Source of the DNA: Promethearchaeota archaeon
GTDB taxonomy: Archaea; Asgardarchaeota; Heimdallarchaeia; Hodarchaeales; Hodarchaeaceae
Length of the DNA stretch: 64,000 nt
Direction: 5' to 3'
NCBI GenBank assembly: GCA_048938105.1
Contig: JBHLMN010000013.1
Location: 96,001 to 160,000 of the forward strand
The translations under genes and the position numbers were made by a program. This document shows, piece by piece, positions 28,893-38,754 of this stretch (position 1 is the stretch's first letter; the number at the start of each line of letters is the position of its first letter). The notes beneath the pieces are model-generated. The model worked only from the letters and a program-made list of their open reading frames with translations. It ran no database searches and was not told where the DNA came from.

Positions 28893-29372
28893 ATGAAAGA
28901 TCAAGAAGTGTTTAATGAAGTCTTAACCCAGGCCTATAAAAGAATGCATCGGTATACTTGTGCAGAAGCATCCCTGCAAGCTTTACTGACCCTATGGAAT
29001 CTTCCTCTTGAAGATATTTCTTGGGCTACTGGAGGATATCTTGGAGCCATTCTCTCTGGAGAAACTACTTGTGGACTTCTAATTGGCAGTAGTATTGCTA
29101 TTGGCTTTCACTGTGGTCAAGGGAAAAGAGAAATACCTGAAAAATGTGAAGAGGAGAGAAATATGGCTATTCAAGCAATAGGCGAATTATATACGGACTT
29201 CTTGGAAGAATTTGGATCTACTAAATGTAAGAAATTATGTAATGTAGATTTTAGAAAAGGAGAAGAAATCGCTCATTATTTAGCAACGAAAGGGTGGAAA
29301 CAGACCTGTGATATATTTTTAGATTTTGTGATACGAAAATGTGTGTCAATGATGGAGGAAGGAAAAATCTAG
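28893..29372 (+). CDS. C-GCAxxG-C-C family putative redox protein
   Basis: CAEA...TCGLLIG...FGSTKC...TC. Confidence 0.85.
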   Translation: MKDQEVFNEVLTQAYKRMHRYTCAEASLQALLTLWNLPLEDISWATGGYLGAILSGETTCGLLIGSSIAIGFHCGQGKREIPEKCEEERNMAIQAIGELYTDFLEEFGSTKCKKLCNVDFRKGEEIAHYLATKGWKQTCDIFLDFVIRKCVSMMEEGKI

Positions 29373-30118
29373 AATTTCTTAATAGCCTCTTCCAATTGTT
29401 TACGGGCTTCTGTAGAAAACCAGTGTTTTAAAAAGGATTGTTCTTTTTCTGTTAAGTACTTCATTATTTGAGCTTCAACATTCTCAATCCTATTACGTTT
29501 GATCATCGTAAAAGCTTCTTGTGGTAATGAACCCAAGTATTTAGCTTTATCTACCGCTTCGTTTTGTACTTGCTTTAATGGAACTACTTTATCGACCATA
29601 CCCATTTGAAGTAATTTTGCAGATGGATAGAAGTTCCCAGTATATGTTATCTCCTGAGCATTCCGCGCTCCTACAATCTGACGTAAAATGCAATCACCAG
29701 GATATGGAACAGGAACTCCAAGCTTGATTTCATTGAGTCCCATGAGTTTACGCCCTTCACTTATGATTCGATAGTCACAACAAAGTGCTAAGATGCAACC
29801 ACCCGCTATCGCATGTCCTGTGATTGCTGCAATTGTGGGTTTGGGAAAAAAGTATAAATCTAAACAGAGACGATTGTATGATCGATAAAAAACCTTGAAA
29901 TCCTCTAGAGAAAGCTTAATTAACTCTGGAATATCAAAACCAATGGCAAAAAATTTCTCATTTGAACTAGTAAGCACGATACTACGAATATCTGGATTTT
30001 GTTCTATTTTTTGAAGATTTGTGGTTAATTCATTGACCAAATCAAGATTTATTGCATTCGTGATTCCTCTATTTAATTTTAGTATCCCAACAGATTCAGA
30101 GACTTCTATAGTAATCAT
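29369..30118 (-). CDS. enoyl-CoA hydratase/isomerase family protein
   Basis: FFAIGFDI, AAITGHAIAGGC, GLNEIKLG. Confidence 0.92.
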   Translation of the reverse strand: MITIEVSESVGILKLNRGITNAINLDLVNELTTNLQKIEQNPDIRSIVLTSSNEKFFAIGFDIPELIKLSLEDFKVFYRSYNRLCLDLYFFPKPTIAAITGHAIAGGCILALCCDYRIISEGRKLMGLNEIKLGVPVPYPGDCILRQIVGARNAQEITYTGNFYPSAKLLQMGMVDKVVPLKQVQNEAVDKAKYLGSLPQEAFTMIKRNRIENVEAQIMKYLTEKEQSFLKHWFSTEARKQLEEAIKKF

Positions 30119-30297
30119 TTTCAGCTACCAACTCCTAGATATAGAATTTAAAAATCCAAGATTGGAATAACCTAAAAGATTCAATTTGAAAAACTGTTCG
30201 GTATAGGCACTTTTGAATCACTCTTTTTTGGAAAGACTTCAAGCAATATCTCTTTGAAATAGAATTTCTGTTTCACCAAGGCTTTTAAAAAAACCAA

Positions 30298-31371
30298 TTA
30301 TAAAGCAAAAGATAACTTTTGCTTATACCACGGATTTTCTGAAATAAAATTACCAAATTTTTCCATTGACTCTGATAGTGAGACAGTATAATTGAAACCA
30401 GTACTTCTAATCTTACTATCATCTGCCCATATATCTTTTCCGAGTTTATCGAATAATACTGGGATCAGAATTGAATTTTCTTTTGCCTTCTTTATTTTTC
30501 TAACACAGCGAGCCAAATAATACATTGGTTTGAATATAAATAATGGAATCGAAATAATTGACAACTTTTGTTTTTGGAGAGCATGACCTAATTCTTGGAC
30601 AACCTCACGAAGTGTCGGAGTGCAGCTAACAAGGTTATATACTTCTCCATTACCTTTTCGGAAATCGGAAAGAAAAACAATGGCACGTGCGACATCTTTA
30701 GTATCAACAAGGCTTATTTTATCCTTACCACCACGAGGTAAGGGAACTAAACGACCAATGAACATTCTTGAGAACATATCTAATGTAGAACTAGAGCCAC
30801 CAATTATTCCAGATGGACGGAGAATAGTTATCAATTTTTGAGGGTGTTTAAATTGATATTCCCAAACAAGCTCTTCTCCAAGAGCTTTAGTGAGTTCATA
30901 ACTCTTTTTCATATGTAAATCAATTGGTTGATTTTCTGTAATTCCCTGCTCATTAGTCCCATTCATCTGGCCATAAACAGCAATGGAGGAGAGATAAATC
31001 AGTTTCTTTATTTCATTCTGATGAAAAGCTTGAAGAACTCTCTCTGTTCCATTCACATTAACATCATATAAGAGCTCATAGGGCTGCCATAAGTTGAATA
31101 TTGCCCCACAGTGTATCAATACAGACGACTCGGGATCTGGTACTTGAGTAAATGCCATTACATCTTGGTAGTTTCTCAAATCGCCAGAAAATATGTCAAT
31201 CTTTTTTTCTTTACACCTTGCTAGAAATTCTTGTCTATGGTGATTTCCTTTTTTTTCACGAATTAATAATCGTATTTTGGAAGGATTTTCAGCGTAAAAT
31301 GTTTCACTAAGTAAATAACGAACAAGTGCTTGCCCAACTAAACCTGTACTACCTGTAATCAATAATGTCAC
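30298..31371 (-). CDS. NAD-dependent epimerase/dehydratase (extended SDR)
   Basis: TGSTGLVG, NVNGT, SSIAVYG, YELTK, LRPSGIIG. Confidence 0.9.
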   Translation of the reverse strand: MTLLITGSTGLVGQALVRYLLSETFYAENPSKIRLLIREKKGNHHRQEFLARCKEKKIDIFSGDLRNYQDVMAFTQVPDPESSVLIHCGAIFNLWQPYELLYDVNVNGTERVLQAFHQNEIKKLIYLSSIAVYGQMNGTNEQGITENQPIDLHMKKSYELTKALGEELVWEYQFKHPQKLITILRPSGIIGGSSSTLDMFSRMFIGRLVPLPRGGKDKISLVDTKDVARAIVFLSDFRKGNGEVYNLVSCTPTLREVVQELGHALQKQKLSIISIPLFIFKPMYYLARCVRKIKKAKENSILIPVLFDKLGKDIWADDSKIRSTGFNYTVSLSESMEKFGNFISENPWYKQKLSFAL

Positions 31372-31451
31372 TCATTAACCCTCACAATTCATATACATAA
31401 TTTGAAGAGAGATATCAATAAAATAACCCAAAAAATATCAAGATATAATAA

Positions 31452-31952
31452 ATGGATAAATTTTCAGAGGAAAATAAAATGCATGGATCAACACCTAAAG
31501 GGAATAATAGATTGGTACAAGAAAACAAACAACTAATTATTTCTGTTAGAAGTGATCCTCTGTTAAGTCTGGTTATCTTTCAGTTCTTAATTTTTGGAAT
31601 AATTGGGCTAGCAGGATTTGTGGGATGGTTGTTATCTCTAACTTATCAATTATCCGCCCCAGGTTATTTAAATTATATCGCAGATCATCTTGAACACTGG
31701 ACGGCCAATTTTTCTTTGTGGGGAGTGCTAAGCTTATGTGTTGGGTTTTTAAGTTTTGGAGCGGCTATTTTAATCAGAAAAAATGACCTAATAGGAGCAA
31801 GTCTAGAATTATTTGCCTTTCTATTAGGTTTTGCAACAAATATGATCATTGCTCGTAATCCCCCTGCTCATATTGCCGTAGGAGCCATCATTGGTTGGAT
31901 TTTAATAATTCCCACTCTATTCTACTTAATTAGACTTAATAGAACTAGTTAA
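31452..31952 (+). CDS. hypothetical 4-TM membrane protein
   Basis: Hydrophobic segments. Confidence 0.6.
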   Translation: MDKFSEENKMHGSTPKGNNRLVQENKQLIISVRSDPLLSLVIFQFLIFGIIGLAGFVGWLLSLTYQLSAPGYLNYIADHLEHWTANFSLWGVLSLCVGFLSFGAAILIRKNDLIGASLELFAFLLGFATNMIIARNPPAHIAVGAIIGWILIIPTLFYLIRLNRTS

Positions 31953-32009
31953 AGCTCATAGTTTCTTAGAAAGAAATATCTTAAGAATTATCACATATAT
32001 CTGTAAATC

Positions 32010-33041
32010 ATGTTTAATCCTGGAAATATCGGTTCTTTAAAGATACGGAATCGTTTTATTCGCTCTGCTACAGCTGAATTCGTAGCAAACGATGAAAATG
32101 GTACAATAACTAAAGAATATCATTCTCTATACTCAAACCTTGCGTTGGGGGAAATAGGACTTATAATTCAAGGACATCTTTATGTTATGGATGAGGGGAA
32201 AGCTCACACAAACATGGCTGGTATAGCGCATGATAACCAGATAGCTGGTTTGAAAGAAATCACAAAGTTAGTTCATGAAGCAGACACAAGGAATCTGATC
32301 GGTGCGCAGTTGAACCATGGAGGTGCATATTCAGTAAGTACTAAAACTGCTTCACCTCGAGAGGACAAAGAAATCAAAGTCATGAGCGATGAGGACATTG
32401 AAAACGTAATTAAAGGCTTTCGAGAGGCTGCTTTGCGGGCAAAAAAAGCTGGGTATGATGCGGTTCAAATTCATTCGGCTCATGGCTATTTATTAAGCCA
32501 GTTTCTTTCTAATAAAACAAATGAACGAACTGACTCCTGGGGTGGAAGTCTAGAAAACAGAGCACAATTATTGTTATCAATATATCAGGCGATAAGATCA
32601 GCAGTTGGATCTAATTACCCAGTATTAGTGAAAATGAATGGTTCCGATGATCCTTTGGAGGGTTTCCCTGTAAATGAAAGTTCTAAAGTAGCGAGTTGGC
32701 TAGCTAACGAAGGACTTGATGCTATTGAGATAAGTGGAATGAAATCCACTCGTACAGTCAAACCAGAGAAAGAAGCATATTTTGCCTCTACAGCTAAAGG
32801 GATAAAACAACATATTAGTGACATGCCCCTTGCATTAGTTGGCGGACTTCGTTCTCTAGCCCAAATGCAAGAGCTTCGAAAGGATTTTGTGGACTTTATT
32901 TCCATGTGTCGTCCCTTTATAAGAGAACCTAACATTGTACAGAAGTTTAAAACAGGAAAAAAAAGAACTGATTGTATTTCCTGTAATCGATGCTATAAAG
33001 CACGAAATATTTCCAAATGCTTTGAAAAAGACAACATTTAA
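32010..33041 (+). CDS. NADH:flavin oxidoreductase (old yellow enzyme family)
   Basis: NRFIRSAT, QIHSAHGYLLSQFLS, RTDSWGGSLENR, CISCNRC. Confidence 0.93.
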   Translation: MFNPGNIGSLKIRNRFIRSATAEFVANDENGTITKEYHSLYSNLALGEIGLIIQGHLYVMDEGKAHTNMAGIAHDNQIAGLKEITKLVHEADTRNLIGAQLNHGGAYSVSTKTASPREDKEIKVMSDEDIENVIKGFREAALRAKKAGYDAVQIHSAHGYLLSQFLSNKTNERTDSWGGSLENRAQLLLSIYQAIRSAVGSNYPVLVKMNGSDDPLEGFPVNESSKVASWLANEGLDAIEISGMKSTRTVKPEKEAYFASTAKGIKQHISDMPLALVGGLRSLAQMQELRKDFVDFISMCRPFIREPNIVQKFKTGKKRTDCISCNRCYKARNISKCFEKDNI

Positions 33042-33063
33042 TTAAATTCTAATCCATTTTTAC

Positions 33064-33723
33064 TTACATCAGTAAAATGATAGAACCTATTAAGACGAAT
33101 AATAAACCACAAACTATGTCTATCTTGTCCCTCGGAATTCTAGTAGCTATTTTCTCACCAGCATATACTCCTATCCCATTTACTAAAGATAAAGCAATCA
33201 CGGCTCCAAATAAAACTCCCCAAGGATCAAATTGAGTAGCTAAACCAATTCCCATCAACATTGTCTTGTCACCTAGTTCAGCTAAAAACATGAAAGTAAG
33301 TGAACTTATGAATCCTCCTTTCTGAATGACATTTTGTAAATAGATCTCGCAATGTTCCATGTCTGGACAATTTTCATGAGGTTTATCGCATAGTTCTAGG
33401 TTTACAGGACATATTTTAATCTGTCTATCATTTTGCCTTCGGAATTGAATTAATAAGAAGATGATTCCGCCAAGTATGAAAAGAATACCAATAATTGGCT
33501 TTAAAAAGGAAACTTCAATGGTGTTTTTCATAACAATACCAATTGTTACAGCAATTATTGTAACTCCTGATAAGCCCAATATAGCCCCAAAAAACACTTT
33601 TAATGGGCTTCGATATTTCATACTCAAAGCAAAAGCAGTTAACTGAGTTTTATCACCCATTTCCATAATGAAAACGGTTGAAAAAGATAGTAAAAGTGCT
33701 TGAGCTATTTCAATCATAGTCAT
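33064..33723 (-). CDS. TMEM165/GDT1 (UPF0016) Ca2+/Mn2+ transporter
   Basis: Two motifs, EMGDKT and ELGDKT. Confidence 0.9.
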   Translation of the reverse strand: MTMIEIAQALLLSFSTVFIMEMGDKTQLTAFALSMKYRSPLKVFFGAILGLSGVTIIAVTIGIVMKNTIEVSFLKPIIGILFILGGIIFLLIQFRRQNDRQIKICPVNLELCDKPHENCPDMEHCEIYLQNVIQKGGFISSLTFMFLAELGDKTMLMGIGLATQFDPWGVLFGAVIALSLVNGIGVYAGEKIATRIPRDKIDIVCGLLFVLIGSIILLM

Positions 33724-33801
33724 ATGGGTTAATTCCTAGAATAAACTTCAAGATGGAAATCAAGACCACAACAATACTTATTTTGAAAAATTGATGATAT
33801 A

Positions 33802-35736
33802 ATGAAAAAAGCTTTTATGGTTACCAAGTTGGGAAAAACATCCAAAACTAAACTACAGATCATTTTTTTTCTCTTGTTGTTGATATTAATCGGTTCTCTG
33901 ATTCTACTAATTCTGGAAGTGTTTCCAACCCCCTCTGATCGTATACAATTTCCAACACCAGATTATAAAGGTCATTTACCTTTAAGTACTGCCATACATC
34001 AATCTAAACCATCTCAAGATCTCAGGAACCATATAATTGAAAATAAAAGTATTTCTCAGTTAATGTGGGCTCTTCAAGGCGAAACACACGGCCCTCGTTT
34101 CCGAACTGTGCCTTCTGCTGGTGCAACATACCCCCTGGAAATATTCATTGTCAGTAATGGAACATCTGCTCTTAAGAAAGGGAATTATAATTATATTCCT
34201 CAAGGGCATCAACTGAAATGTATTTCTTCATCGTACAATTGGACAACATTACTTTCAGCACTTTTTAGTGAAGACCAGGAGGCAGTATCCAATGTGAGTA
34301 CTATATTCTTTATTTTGGCTGATTATAATCGTACTACTTTCAAATATAAAGAAAGAGGATATCAATATGTACATTTGGAAGTAGGGCACGCTATTCAAAA
34401 TTTCCTTTTACAACTGGTTTCTTTAAATTTGAAAACAAGAATAATAACAAATTTTGCCTCACAAAAAATCCAGGAATTTCTAGATACAACGCTAGAACCA
34501 ATGGTAGTGCTACCTGTTGGCATTAATGGAGGTTCTAGCTCTCCTTTCGTTAAACTCAAACAACTTAGTTCAAGTAACACAGAAGAAATGACTGTTGAGC
34601 AAGCTATTGCTAAACGTGAATCTGTGAGAGATTATCAAAGTGGGAAAATTCCCCTCTCGGTAATTTTAGATGTGTTAGAAGATAGTATCACAATTCCTCA
34701 CATTGTTGGAAATAATTCCCAGTTCGATTTCCGTTTAGTAGCTAATGCTATAGATGGATTACCAATCGGTTCATATCAGTATTCTCTAGAAAAAAAATCT
34801 TTATATCAATTATATCAAGGAGATTTACAGTCTAACATCACGGACATGATTTCAAGACAATCATGTGTTGTATTAGCTCAATTAGATGCTGTTATCTCGG
34901 TTGATGAAGATTGGATAAATCAACAAGTTGATTCTCGTTTTTCTCGTAGAATTATGATGTATGATGTTGGTATGATAGCTCAAAATATCTATCTCAAATG
35001 CGCCGCTACTGGTCTAGGGACAGTTGTTATTGGTGCTTTTTCCGAAAGTGGGTCTTCTCAACTCTTAGATATTCCTAGAAAATATACTCCAATCTATGTT
35101 ATACCGATTGGTCTGACACCTGATTTCTTTGAGGAACCAACTGGCTTTCAGCTTTCATTATCAGAAATGGCAAGGTGGACAGGTCTATTGTTATATGTTC
35201 TCTTCTTTATTAGCCTATATCTATCCCTTCCTTTGTTAAAGAAACGTTTGAAAAAGAAAATACGTTGGTTACATTGCATATTTGGCATAGTCGCTTTAAT
35301 AGGAGGTATTTTTCATTATATGATTATTCATGGTCATGTTTACAATCTTTGGGAATTTCTAAACGTAACTTCTTATTTCAATGCTCTGATTTACTTCGCA
35401 TTTAACTTGTTTTCATTTCCAGAGACTCAATATGATGTAGGGATGCTCATGGCAAAGCTCACTGTATGTTTTGGAATCATAGCTGTTATTACTGGGATTT
35501 TGTTTGCTTTCAAGCTGGTTAACCAAAGGAAAATTGTTCGTGCAACTCACAAATATATTATCTTCTTCACATTAATCTTTGCGATTATTCATAATATGTT
35601 AAACGGAGTGATTTTTGCCACTGAGCCTTTTATTTTCCTTTTACTCAATATAATGGCCATTGATCTATATTTTCTGTTATTAGTCTCTCCTGATTTTATC
35701 AAAACTTCTCAGAAGAAGGATCTTTTTTATCAATAA
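33802..35736 (+). CDS. tandem SagB/ThcOx nitroreductase-fold domains fused to a cytochrome b-like membrane domain
   Basis: RTVPSAGATYPLE, EVGHAIQN, AIAKRESVRDY, AQNIYL..AATGLGTVVIGAF; C-terminal TMs with two H-x13-H pairs. Confidence 0.8.
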   Translation: MKKAFMVTKLGKTSKTKLQIIFFLLLLILIGSLILLILEVFPTPSDRIQFPTPDYKGHLPLSTAIHQSKPSQDLRNHIIENKSISQLMWALQGETHGPRFRTVPSAGATYPLEIFIVSNGTSALKKGNYNYIPQGHQLKCISSSYNWTTLLSALFSEDQEAVSNVSTIFFILADYNRTTFKYKERGYQYVHLEVGHAIQNFLLQLVSLNLKTRIITNFASQKIQEFLDTTLEPMVVLPVGINGGSSSPFVKLKQLSSSNTEEMTVEQAIAKRESVRDYQSGKIPLSVILDVLEDSITIPHIVGNNSQFDFRLVANAIDGLPIGSYQYSLEKKSLYQLYQGDLQSNITDMISRQSCVVLAQLDAVISVDEDWINQQVDSRFSRRIMMYDVGMIAQNIYLKCAATGLGTVVIGAFSESGSSQLLDIPRKYTPIYVIPIGLTPDFFEEPTGFQLSLSEMARWTGLLLYVLFFISLYLSLPLLKKRLKKKIRWLHCIFGIVALIGGIFHYMIIHGHVYNLWEFLNVTSYFNALIYFAFNLFSFPETQYDVGMLMAKLTVCFGIIAVITGILFAFKLVNQRKIVRATHKYIIFFTLIFAIIHNMLNGVIFATEPFIFLLLNIMAIDLYFLLLVSPDFIKTSQKKDLFYQ

Positions 35737-35821
35737 TGTTAAGTGAAAAATGTGAAACAAGAACTTAGATGTAACATCAGACACGAAAAACTTATTCAAT
35801 GAATAATGGTTACTAGTCCAT

Positions 35822-36739
35822 ATGGTGCGTACTTCAAGAAAACGTATTGCGATATGTTGCCACGGATTTCTAGGCGAACCCGGAATGCTAAAAGAAATAG
35901 AGGTAACGCTTAATGAAGATCCTTTTGATCAGATATATGATCTTGTGTCTAATCTGTCTTACTATAGTTCAAAGTACGGTATTAATTTCACTCGGCCTTT
36001 TGATTTGAAAACCCCCATATACAAGAAGGACTCCAATCAATCACTTGCTCACCATCTTTTTCTTCAGATATGTTCAATTCTCAAGGATTATAATGAAGAA
36101 GAAGTAGATTTAGACATTTATGCGCATTCTATGGGTGGATTAGTAACACGAAGTATGATAAAATATCTAACAGAGAAAAAACAAACCAGTATTTGGATAA
36201 GAAATGGAGTTATCAGAAATATTTTTTTGTTAGGAACTCCTAATCACGGTACTAGATTAGCACAACGCGCAATAAATATTCCTGTTGATATTTTGATGAC
36301 AGGATTGAATATTCTGCTTGAACTTCCTGATGAGGTTACCTCTGAAGATTTGAAAATACTTAATTCTCAGTTCATCCAAATGATACCAAATTCATCTTTC
36401 CTTAAACAACTCAATGAACCTTCAAAAATTCTAGAAGAATCGATCAATTGGTTTACAGTAAGAGGTTTGAAATGGATTGGGCAACTTGGATGGTTACCAA
36501 TGGTGTGGCAACCATTTCTCTTTAGAAAGTTTTGGATTGATCGTCATTTCCCATTCTTGCATGTTGGTATAATTCCAAACGATGGATTAGTGGATGCTAG
36601 CCGCGTGCCCCTGAAATACGCAACTAATCTAACTATTCCAAGTGCTACTCATATGAGTCTTCTTTATTGGAAGAGTAAAAAGTCAGGAATAGAAGTCTTA
36701 AACAAACTTAAACCAATAATTCTTGGTAGGAGAATTTAA
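35822..36739 (+). CDS. alpha/beta hydrolase (lipase/PGAP1-like)
   Basis: CHGF, AHSMGG, LGTPNHG, NDGLV, ATH. Confidence 0.85.
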   Translation: MVRTSRKRIAICCHGFLGEPGMLKEIEVTLNEDPFDQIYDLVSNLSYYSSKYGINFTRPFDLKTPIYKKDSNQSLAHHLFLQICSILKDYNEEEVDLDIYAHSMGGLVTRSMIKYLTEKKQTSIWIRNGVIRNIFLLGTPNHGTRLAQRAINIPVDILMTGLNILLELPDEVTSEDLKILNSQFIQMIPNSSFLKQLNEPSKILEESINWFTVRGLKWIGQLGWLPMVWQPFLFRKFWIDRHFPFLHVGIIPNDGLVDASRVPLKYATNLTIPSATHMSLLYWKSKKSGIEVLNKLKPIILGRRI

Positions 36740-36903
36740 TCATATCTGTTTTCTTAACTAACAGTAATATAGAATTTAACTAGATGAACAACTTTTATTT
36801 TTAATAAGAGAACCTCAAAAATATACCTGAATATACTTTAAAGAAAGCTCCAACAGCATTATTTTTTCCAAAATATACAAAAGAAAACTGGGCAGAATCA
36901 AAT

Positions 36904-37977
36904 ATGAAAATAAATATTGAACCTTTTCCTGAAACAGAGCTAAAGCAAAAATACTCCTCAGAAGATAACTTAGGTTTTGGAAAAATATTTACTGATAGAA
37001 TGTTAGTCATGGAATATAAGAATGGTGTTTGGCAAGATCCTACGATAAAAAAATATTCACCAATTACACTTGATCCCTCAGCTATCGTTTTACACTATGC
37101 TCAGGAAATTTTTGAAGGCCAAAAAGCTTTTAGTACTCCAGATGGACATATTAACTTATTTCGTCCAGATCGTAATGCTGCTCGCTTTAATTCTTCCGCT
37201 AGACGGATGATGATGCCAGAAGTAGATCTAGAAGTCTACTTAACAGGATTAAAAGAGTTAATAAGACTCGAGAAAGATTGGACTCCAAAATCTCCAGGTA
37301 CATCATTATACATTAGGCCAACAATGATTGGAACAGAACTTGGGTTAGGTGTACGGCCCTCTACTGATTATCTTTTCTATATTATTCTCTCACCCTCAGG
37401 ATCATATTTTTCTGAAGGGTTCCAATGTGTCAAGATTTTTGTTAGTGAATTCTATATTCGTGCTGCTCCTGGTGGTACTGGTAGTGCGAAAACAGGAGGT
37501 AATTATGCAGCTAGCTTACTAGTGGGGAATGAAGCTGAAAACTATGGTTGTAGTCAAGTACTATGGCTTGATGCCATTCATAAGAAGTATGTTGAAGAAG
37601 TTGGTGCTAGTAACATCTTTTTTGTTTATGATGATGTCATTTACACGGCACCTTTAACCTCTGGAACGGTACTACCAGGAGTAACTAGAGATAGTACAAT
37701 TCAATTGGCGAAAGATGGAGGTATGACATTAAAAGAAGAAGCGATTTCAATAGATGAGGTTATTGAAGGGATATACAATGGAAAAACATCTGAAGTATTT
37801 ATGAGTGGAACTGCTGCCTCAATTGCACCTGTTGGAAGTCTTTATTATCAAAACAAAGAACATATTATAAACAACTTTGAGATCGGTGATATTTCAAAAA
37901 AGCTTTATAAGCAATTGACTGATATTCAATATGGGAAGGTTGAGGATCCTTATGGATGGATTGTCAGAGTAGTATGA
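36904..37977 (+). CDS. ilvE: branched-chain amino acid aminotransferase
   Basis: LHYAQEIFEG, LYIRP, KTGGNY, EEVGASN, LPGVTR, GTAA. Confidence 0.95.
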   Translation: MKINIEPFPETELKQKYSSEDNLGFGKIFTDRMLVMEYKNGVWQDPTIKKYSPITLDPSAIVLHYAQEIFEGQKAFSTPDGHINLFRPDRNAARFNSSARRMMMPEVDLEVYLTGLKELIRLEKDWTPKSPGTSLYIRPTMIGTELGLGVRPSTDYLFYIILSPSGSYFSEGFQCVKIFVSEFYIRAAPGGTGSAKTGGNYAASLLVGNEAENYGCSQVLWLDAIHKKYVEEVGASNIFFVYDDVIYTAPLTSGTVLPGVTRDSTIQLAKDGGMTLKEEAISIDEVIEGIYNGKTSEVFMSGTAASIAPVGSLYYQNKEHIINNFEIGDISKKLYKQLTDIQYGKVEDPYGWIVRVV

Positions 37978-38086
37978 TGTCATTTCGATCAACTATCTAC
38001 TCTAAAGAAGCTTCTTAGAAGAGAAATTTTCAAATATATAACCTAATATCCTTTATATCTCCATTATCTTTAAATAGGCGATCAGT

Positions 38087-38740
38087 ATGACCAAAACATT
38101 TATAGAATCCAATCCTGATGAATTACACATAATTCGTAGAGGAAATAAGCTCCAGAGTGTCTTTTTTGTGATAATGGGTTTTTTCTTTCAATTATTATTT
38201 GTTTGGGCTTATTGGAGTTTATTGGATGCAACAGGGCCTTGGGCGTTTTTTTGGCTTGGTTTAATAAATAGTGATTATTTTCCTTTCATTTCACTGTTAT
38301 TCTTGTTTGGTGGAGGGTGTTTTTTGATTGCAATAAAGGAAGGGGGTTGGATTGAGAGTTGGATTATTAGAAGGGAGTTACCTACAAAAAAACCAGGGAT
38401 ACAAAAGCAATGGCAGCTCTTCAAATGGTCTGGGGTGAAAACAGTACCAAAAGATCAAATTCGATCAGTTAGGGTTCACACAATTCCACTAGACACTTTG
38501 AAACTCTTCAATCGTTATCAGCTTGAAGTAGATTGTCAAATTACTCCTAATTCCCCTATAGAAACTCATGTCCTTTATTCAGATGATAGTGAATTAGCAG
38601 GTGGCACAATCATACGATTGGCTAATCAAATTCAGGAAATTTTAAATCTAACTGAAGGTGTCGAGAGAACAGAGGCCCCATATCCAACTTTAGTAAGATC
38701 TAACAATTTCAAAGAAAAAAAAGATGTAAGACAAGATTGA
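38087..38740 (+). CDS. hypothetical membrane protein (2 TM plus soluble domain)
   Basis: ORF with two hydrophobic segments; TATA-like box at about 38052. Confidence 0.65.
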   Translation: MTKTFIESNPDELHIIRRGNKLQSVFFVIMGFFFQLLFVWAYWSLLDATGPWAFFWLGLINSDYFPFISLLFLFGGGCFLIAIKEGGWIESWIIRRELPTKKPGIQKQWQLFKWSGVKTVPKDQIRSVRVHTIPLDTLKLFNRYQLEVDCQITPNSPIETHVLYSDDSELAGGTIIRLANQIQEILNLTEGVERTEAPYPTLVRSNNFKEKKDVRQD

Positions 38741-38754
38741 AATTCAATCTTGTG

